Shown: piece after piece, positions 52,408 to 56,018 of the stretch
Layout of the letters: each line of letters opens with the position of its first letter
How positions within the stretch are numbered: the stretch's first letter is position 1
Origin: a virus
Taxonomy: Duplodnaviria > Caudoviricetes
IMG/VR virus record: IMGVR_UViG_3300049445_000092
Span: 1-56,018 of that record
Direction: 5' to 3' (one strand)
Length of the DNA stretch: 56,018 nt
Notes under the pieces: model-generated
Databases searched by the model: none
Told to the model about the DNA's origin: nothing
The model's input: only the letters and a program-made list of their open reading frames with translations
Translations under genes and position numbers: made by a program

Positions 52408-53955
52408 CTAACGACTGATCGCCCAGCCCCGCGGGGGCGGGCCGGGGTCCCACATCACCATCATCACGGCATCGCCTTCGTCGGGGCTTCGGCCCAGCCG
52501 CCTCACTAGCTCGTCCTTGCTCTCCACCACGATCTGGCCCTTGCTGTTGACCGACCATGTGGGCTCCGTGAGATCGCCTGTCAGCTGATCGCTGGGCGGC
52601 AAGGCTAGCTGTGGGTCGTACTGGGGATCCAGAAGCTCACGCAGGTGCCACCACGCCGCGCTGCGGACGTTGACGAACCCCAGCTCCCCGGAGCGGTCCC
52701 GCTTCTCGGACTTGGCCCCGGCGTGGAAGGCGATCACCCGGTAGTCGCCCATGTCTTCGGCCACGTTGTCGTAGACGCCCGCACCCAGCCCGTCGGTGTC
52801 GATCATGGCGTGGGAGCCGATGTTCGACTCCAGCAGGCCCACGACGATCCCTGAGGTGAACGTCAGCGCCTTGTGCTCGTAGCTACGGATCTCGGTGATG
52901 ACGTGGTCGTAGCGCAGCGCCAGCGCCGTCTTGTCGTCGCCCTGGCGGGCCACGTCCACGCCGATGAGGGTGAGCGGGCGCATCTCGTCCATCCGGCCTG
53001 AGTCCTGGTGATCCAGCCAGCGCTCGTTGGACGCTTCGACCCAGGACAGCGGGATGACGCCGTTCGTCTTCTCCTCGGCGAACTCGCCCAGCACCCGGTT
53101 CTTGTAGACAGCTGATTCCTCGCCCCACTGGCGCTTGCGCCGGTCGGCCCACTCCTGGGTCATCTGCCCCGCCGCGATCGCTTCGTCGCGAGTGACGTGG
53201 ATCGGATGCCAGTCCTCGAAGCCCGCCGCCCGGCGGTCGATGGCGAACATGCGACCGACCGGAGCACCGGGCGTGGACTTCAGCAGGGCGAACGCCTTGG
53301 TGGCTCCGATGATGTGGGTGACGCTGGCGTTGGAGAATGCGCCTTCGGCGGCGTCGAAGGTGGCGTCGGCGATGGCCTTGCCCTCATCGAAGCAGTACAT
53401 GATCTCCTGGCCGTGGGCGCCCTCGATCATGGCTGGGTCATCGCTGGCGACCGGGAACATGCTGCCGTACTCCAGATTCAGGCCCATCTTCAGATGCTCC
53501 TGGCGGGTGTACGGCTCGCGGCCCAGGCGGTCCCAGCGCAGGCGACGGATCCAGATCCCGATCTCGGGCCACAGGTAGTGCTGGAGCTGGCGCCACCCGC
53601 CCGCCGTGGTAATGCACTTCCAGTCGATCTCCAGGGCGTCACGGGTGTTGGCGAACCAGAGCGCGGCCAGGGCGAAGCCGGTGGTCTTGCCGATGCCGTG
53701 CGGGCCGCGGGTCTCCACGCGGTGGAACTGGTTAAGCATCTCCAGCTCTTCGGCCTGGTACGGCTTCAGCCCGCCGCCCTCGTCCCAGTCGATGCAGTCC
53801 TCGGCGAAGGCGACGGGGTCGGCGTAGTAGAGCTTCATGCAGCGCTTGAAGACGCCGCGCTTGGCGTGGAAAGCCCGCTGGTACCGGGTCCGGGCAAAGT
53901 CGCCCGCTTCGACGGTGACACTGGCCCCCTCAGGGGCCTGGCTGACCTGGCTCAC
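52408..53955 (-). CDS. terL: Terminase large subunit
   Basis: Walker A RGPHGIGKT, Walker B FDEG, RVLGEF, nuclease IGVDVARQGDDKT and RSPDEGDA. Confidence 0.95.
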   Translation of the reverse strand: MSQVSQAPEGASVTVEAGDFARTRYQRAFHAKRGVFKRCMKLYYADPVAFAEDCIDWDEGGGLKPYQAEELEMLNQFHRVETRGPHGIGKTTGFALAALWFANTRDALEIDWKCITTAGGWRQLQHYLWPEIGIWIRRLRWDRLGREPYTRQEHLKMGLNLEYGSMFPVASDDPAMIEGAHGQEIMYCFDEGKAIADATFDAAEGAFSNASVTHIIGATKAFALLKSTPGAPVGRMFAIDRRAAGFEDWHPIHVTRDEAIAAGQMTQEWADRRKRQWGEESAVYKNRVLGEFAEEKTNGVIPLSWVEASNERWLDHQDSGRMDEMRPLTLIGVDVARQGDDKTALALRYDHVITEIRSYEHKALTFTSGIVVGLLESNIGSHAMIDTDGLGAGVYDNVAEDMGDYRVIAFHAGAKSEKRDRSGELGFVNVRSAAWWHLRELLDPQYDPQLALPPSDQLTGDLTEPTWSVNSKGQIVVESKDELVRRLGRSPDEGDAVMMVMWDPGPPPRGWAISR

Positions 53956-54121
53956 TCGCTGCGACGTAGGTGCGCTGGCCTGCCACCACCCGATTGGCGG
54001 TGACGGCGTCGGCGATGCGCTGGGCGGGCTCGTCCCAGAGCTGGCTGAGATCGCCCAACGTCAGGGTGTGATCGTTGACGTCGGCGCACATCTCCATCAG
54101 CTTCTCGAAGGGGGTCCTCAC
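53930..54121 (-). CDS. Hypothetical protein
   Basis: GTGA overlap. Confidence 0.5.
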   Translation of the reverse strand: MRTPFEKLMEMCADVNDHTLTLGDLSQLWDEPAQRIADAVTANRVVAGQRTYVAASEPGQPGP

Positions 54122-54315
54122 TCTTCGGGCGGGGCCGCTTCCTCGACCGGCGCGGCCTCGGCTTCGGGTGCCGCCTCTACGGATTCCACTTCGGGCTCGG
54201 GGTCACCTTCGAGGGTGGCCTGCTCGGTGTTCTGCTGGATCTCGTACTGCTCTTCGTGAGAGCCGGTCTCTTTCGGGGACTCGGCCTCTTCGGCTTCTGG
54301 TGCGGTGTCGGTCAT
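54118..54315 (-). CDS. Highly acidic small protein
   Basis: SD AAGGAG; Glu/Pro/Ala-rich 65 aa. Confidence 0.6.
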   Translation of the reverse strand: MTDTAPEAEEAESPKETGSHEEQYEIQQNTEQATLEGDPEPEVESVEAAPEAEAAPVEEAAPPEE

Positions 54316-54470
54316 GGTTCTCCTTCGGGTGTGGGGATGATGATAAGGGTGTCGTCGTCGGGAATCTCGGGATCGGCGGGGACGGGGATGTGGTCGGTGC
54401 CATGGACCCAGGTGTCATGCCAGCGGAAGATGACTTCACCGCACGTCGCGCAGGTCTCCATCTCCTTCAC
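54312..54470 (-). CDS. Small zinc-binding protein
   Basis: CATCGE...WVH..DH.P.P. Confidence 0.55.
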   Translation of the reverse strand: MKEMETCATCGEVIFRWHDTWVHGTDHIPVPADPEIPDDDTLIIIPTPEGEP

Positions 54471-54494
54471 TCTCCCAGGTGTCACGATTGGCTC

Positions 54495-54677
54495 ATGTCC
54501 ACCATCGTCACCCCCTCTCTCCAAACACTCCAGGTCTTCGCCCTGATCGCCACCATCGTCTTCGGTGTCACCGTCGTGGTCGCCGCCATGGGGTCACGGG
54601 TGAACCAGGCCATCGTCGTCGTGCTCACCCTGATCGGGCTGACCTGTCTGGCCTTGGCGCTCTTGTTCGGCGGCTAG
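54495..54677 (+). CDS. Small two-TM membrane protein on the opposite strand
   Basis: MSTIVTPSLQTLQVFALIATIVFGVTVVVAAMGSRVNQAIVVVLTLIGLTCLALALLFGG; fills a gap in the minus-strand genes. Confidence 0.65.
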   Translation: MSTIVTPSLQTLQVFALIATIVFGVTVVVAAMGSRVNQAIVVVLTLIGLTCLALALLFGG

Positions 54678-54811
54678 TCCTCCGCTGACTTCAGCGCCAG
54701 CAGGGCATCGACGCGAGCCGTGATCTGATCGAGCTGCGCCTTCACTTCCGCCATGGCAATCCGCAGGTCATCAATCTCGACCCGCATCTGAAGTGGGGAT
54801 TCTCTGCTCAC
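54674..54811 (-). CDS. Small coiled-coil protein
   Basis: GTGA overlap; heptads IDDLRIAMAEVKAQLDQITARVDAL. Confidence 0.5.
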   Translation of the reverse strand: MSRESPLQMRVEIDDLRIAMAEVKAQLDQITARVDALLALKSAED

Positions 54812-54963
54812 GGCAGCTCCAGGCGGATGGTGTAACGGAGGTCGCCTGAGACTTCGTGGCCGCACGGGTCGGCCGTGACGGGGATGTTCGGGTTGTTGCC
54901 GGGCTGGTCGATGATGTCGGTGACCCGACCGCCGCAGACCGGGCAGTAGCTGTCGACCTTCAT
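54808..54963 (-). CDS. Zinc-ribbon micro-protein (51 aa, not in ORF track)
   Basis: MKVDSYCPVCGGRVTDIIDQPGNNPNIPVTADPCGHEV...; ATGA overlap and GGAG SD. Confidence 0.6.
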   Translation of the reverse strand: MKVDSYCPVCGGRVTDIIDQPGNNPNIPVTADPCGHEVSGDLRYTIRLELP

Positions 54964-55115
54964 GGATTCTCCTCCGCTGACTCCAGCAGCATCTTCATCC
55001 GCATCATGTGCAGACAGGGGATGGCCGTAATCCTGTCATCGCCCTCGATGTCGCTCGTTCGGACCTCGGTCACGGATTCACCGCAGACCGGACAGGGCGG
55101 CATGGAAATGTTCAC
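54960..55115 (-). CDS. Zinc-ribbon micro-protein (51 aa)
   Basis: CPVCGESVTEV...ITAIPCLH; GTGA overlap. Confidence 0.6.
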   Translation of the reverse strand: MNISMPPCPVCGESVTEVRTSDIEGDDRITAIPCLHMMRMKMLLESAEENP

Positions 55116-55357
55116 AAGAACGATCCCTGACCGGGGTGCTTCAAACACTGGGGATGGCGCCAGATTCCGAAGTCCCGGCGCTTGGTGATGGCGTGGGCGC
55201 CGCCGTCGCGCCGGTTCTGCGCCCAGCCCGTAACGGCGCTGAAGACGGCGAGGGCGTCGGGGTTGATCGGGTCGCCGCACTCCTCGCAGATCGGCCGCTT
55301 GGTGACCGGGTCCAGACTCGGGGGGAGTTTGATGCCGTCGATGGCGGGGACGGTCAT
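55112..55357 (-). CDS. Small zinc-binding protein
   Basis: CEECGD...GW...R..GG....HPQC; ATGA overlap. Confidence 0.6.
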   Translation of the reverse strand: MTVPAIDGIKLPPSLDPVTKRPICEECGDPINPDALAVFSAVTGWAQNRRDGGAHAITKRRDFGIWRHPQCLKHPGQGSFL

Positions 55358-55725
55358 GACTCCATCGCCCGGCGGTCGTTGGCGCACGCCATGCACAGAC
55401 CCAGATTGCCGTGGATGCAGCGGCCGTCGGTCACCGAGACCCTCGGCTTGGCCCGTCGGGGCTTCGCCGCGGCGGCGCGCTGGGCCGGGGTGGGCGTGAT
55501 GGTGCCGCCCCGCTTCTTCGTCACCTTGGGCGGCTTCTCAGGGGGCGCTGCGGGCTTGCTGACCGTCCGCAGCTTGCGACCTGTCGCCGTATCGCTCAGG
55601 TAGACATCCACCAGCCAGCGGGTGAGACCGGCGCGGGTCATGTCGTGGCGTTTGGCTTCTTCGGTGAATGCCTGATCCTCGGCGGTGTTCAGTCGGGCCT
55701 GGAGTGGGATCCGCTCATAGGCCAT
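55354..55725 (-). CDS. Ribbon-helix-helix-like DNA-binding protein with basic tail
   Basis: IPLQARLNTAEDQAFTEEAKRHDMTRAGLTRWLV; SD GGAGG. Confidence 0.6.
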   Translation of the reverse strand: MAYERIPLQARLNTAEDQAFTEEAKRHDMTRAGLTRWLVDVYLSDTATGRKLRTVSKPAAPPEKPPKVTKKRGGTITPTPAQRAAAAKPRRAKPRVSVTDGRCIHGNLGLCMACANDRRAMES

Positions 55726-55915
55726 CGGTCCTCCCTTCGTCGCGTCGACGGTAACCGGAATCCTGACTCTCAGCCATGGTGGTCCCCGGACAACGGAGGT
55801 GGACAATCTGATCCGCCTGATCGAAACGGACTAAGTCGCCGCGCTCGAAGGACCGACGACACTTCAGACACCACCCAGGGCGGCGAGCACGAAACCCTCT
55901 TCGATGTCTGGTCAT
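55715..55915 (-). CDS. Small zinc-binding protein
   Basis: FRARRPGWCLKC..F..GD.V......VH..C. Confidence 0.55.
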   Translation of the reverse strand: MTRHRRGFRARRPGWCLKCRRSFERGDLVRFDQADQIVHLRCPGTTMAESQDSGYRRRDEGRTDGL

Positions 55916-56018
55916 GAGACACACAGCCCTGAAGTGTCGCGGGTCCTTGCCCTGAGCATTGGGGTCTTGCTAGGTTGAATCATCTACCCGTGAGTCCTCC
56001 GGGCCTTCCATCTCACTC

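Larger units (their letters stand above)
1..56018. mobile_element. Tailed dsDNA bacteriophage (siphovirus-like, actinobacterial host), probably complete and circularly permuted
   Basis: Full head-tail-lysis-replication gene set with no host housekeeping genes. The terS-like gene is at the left end and terL near the right end on the same strand. CATCTCACTC occurs at both ends (3..12 and 56009..56018). Confidence 0.9.

Noticed and set aside
1-56018. tRNA or other structured RNA genes
   Set aside because: No cloverleaf with T-loop GTTCRA and acceptor stem recognised in the few intergenic gaps; tRNAscan-SE or Infernal would be needed to exclude them formally

Overview
The window looks like a probably complete, circularly permuted ~56 kb genome of a high-GC siphovirus of Actinomycetota. 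The lysin's cell-wall-binding repeats hint at an Acidimicrobiia-like host. Nearly all genes lie on the minus strand with ATGA/GTGA overlaps. In transcription order the genes are: terminase large subunit, a portal-MuF fusion, a 2,513-aa multi-enzyme protein, an HK97 prohead protease/scaffold, a three-gene glycosylation cassette, the HK97 major capsid protein, head-tail joining genes with an inserted beta-helix appendage, tail tube, frameshifted tail chaperones, tape measure, minor tail proteins, amidase lysin and holin, and fibre genes. An early region follows with Bet recombinase, an iteron-containing replication initiator and loader, many small ORFs, a HicA-like protein, DNA and SAM methyltransferases, and a terS-like HTH gene. 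I recognised no integrase, CI-type repressor, DNA polymerase, tRNA or CRISPR array. The best candidate for an undescribed system is the giant head-module protein. It strings together a zeta-toxin-like P-loop kinase, an acidic antitoxin-like domain, a NUDIX hydrolase, a PI3/4-kinase/HipA-like kinase, about 9-10 helical repeats and an R-S-E ADP-ribosyltransferase, and it carries a duplicated 17-aa tag (RDWAKWNLxHPYQKKGR) in front of its first two enzyme modules. This suggests a capsid-packaged, protease-processed effector polyprotein. Other notable items are a standalone secreted Rpf-like muralytic enzyme on the opposite strand, a GT-GT-epimerase cassette between protease and capsid genes, and early sigma70-type promoters that share a palindromic operator and a fixed-position TCACCCCG box. 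All calls come from motif reading by eye; no searches were run.
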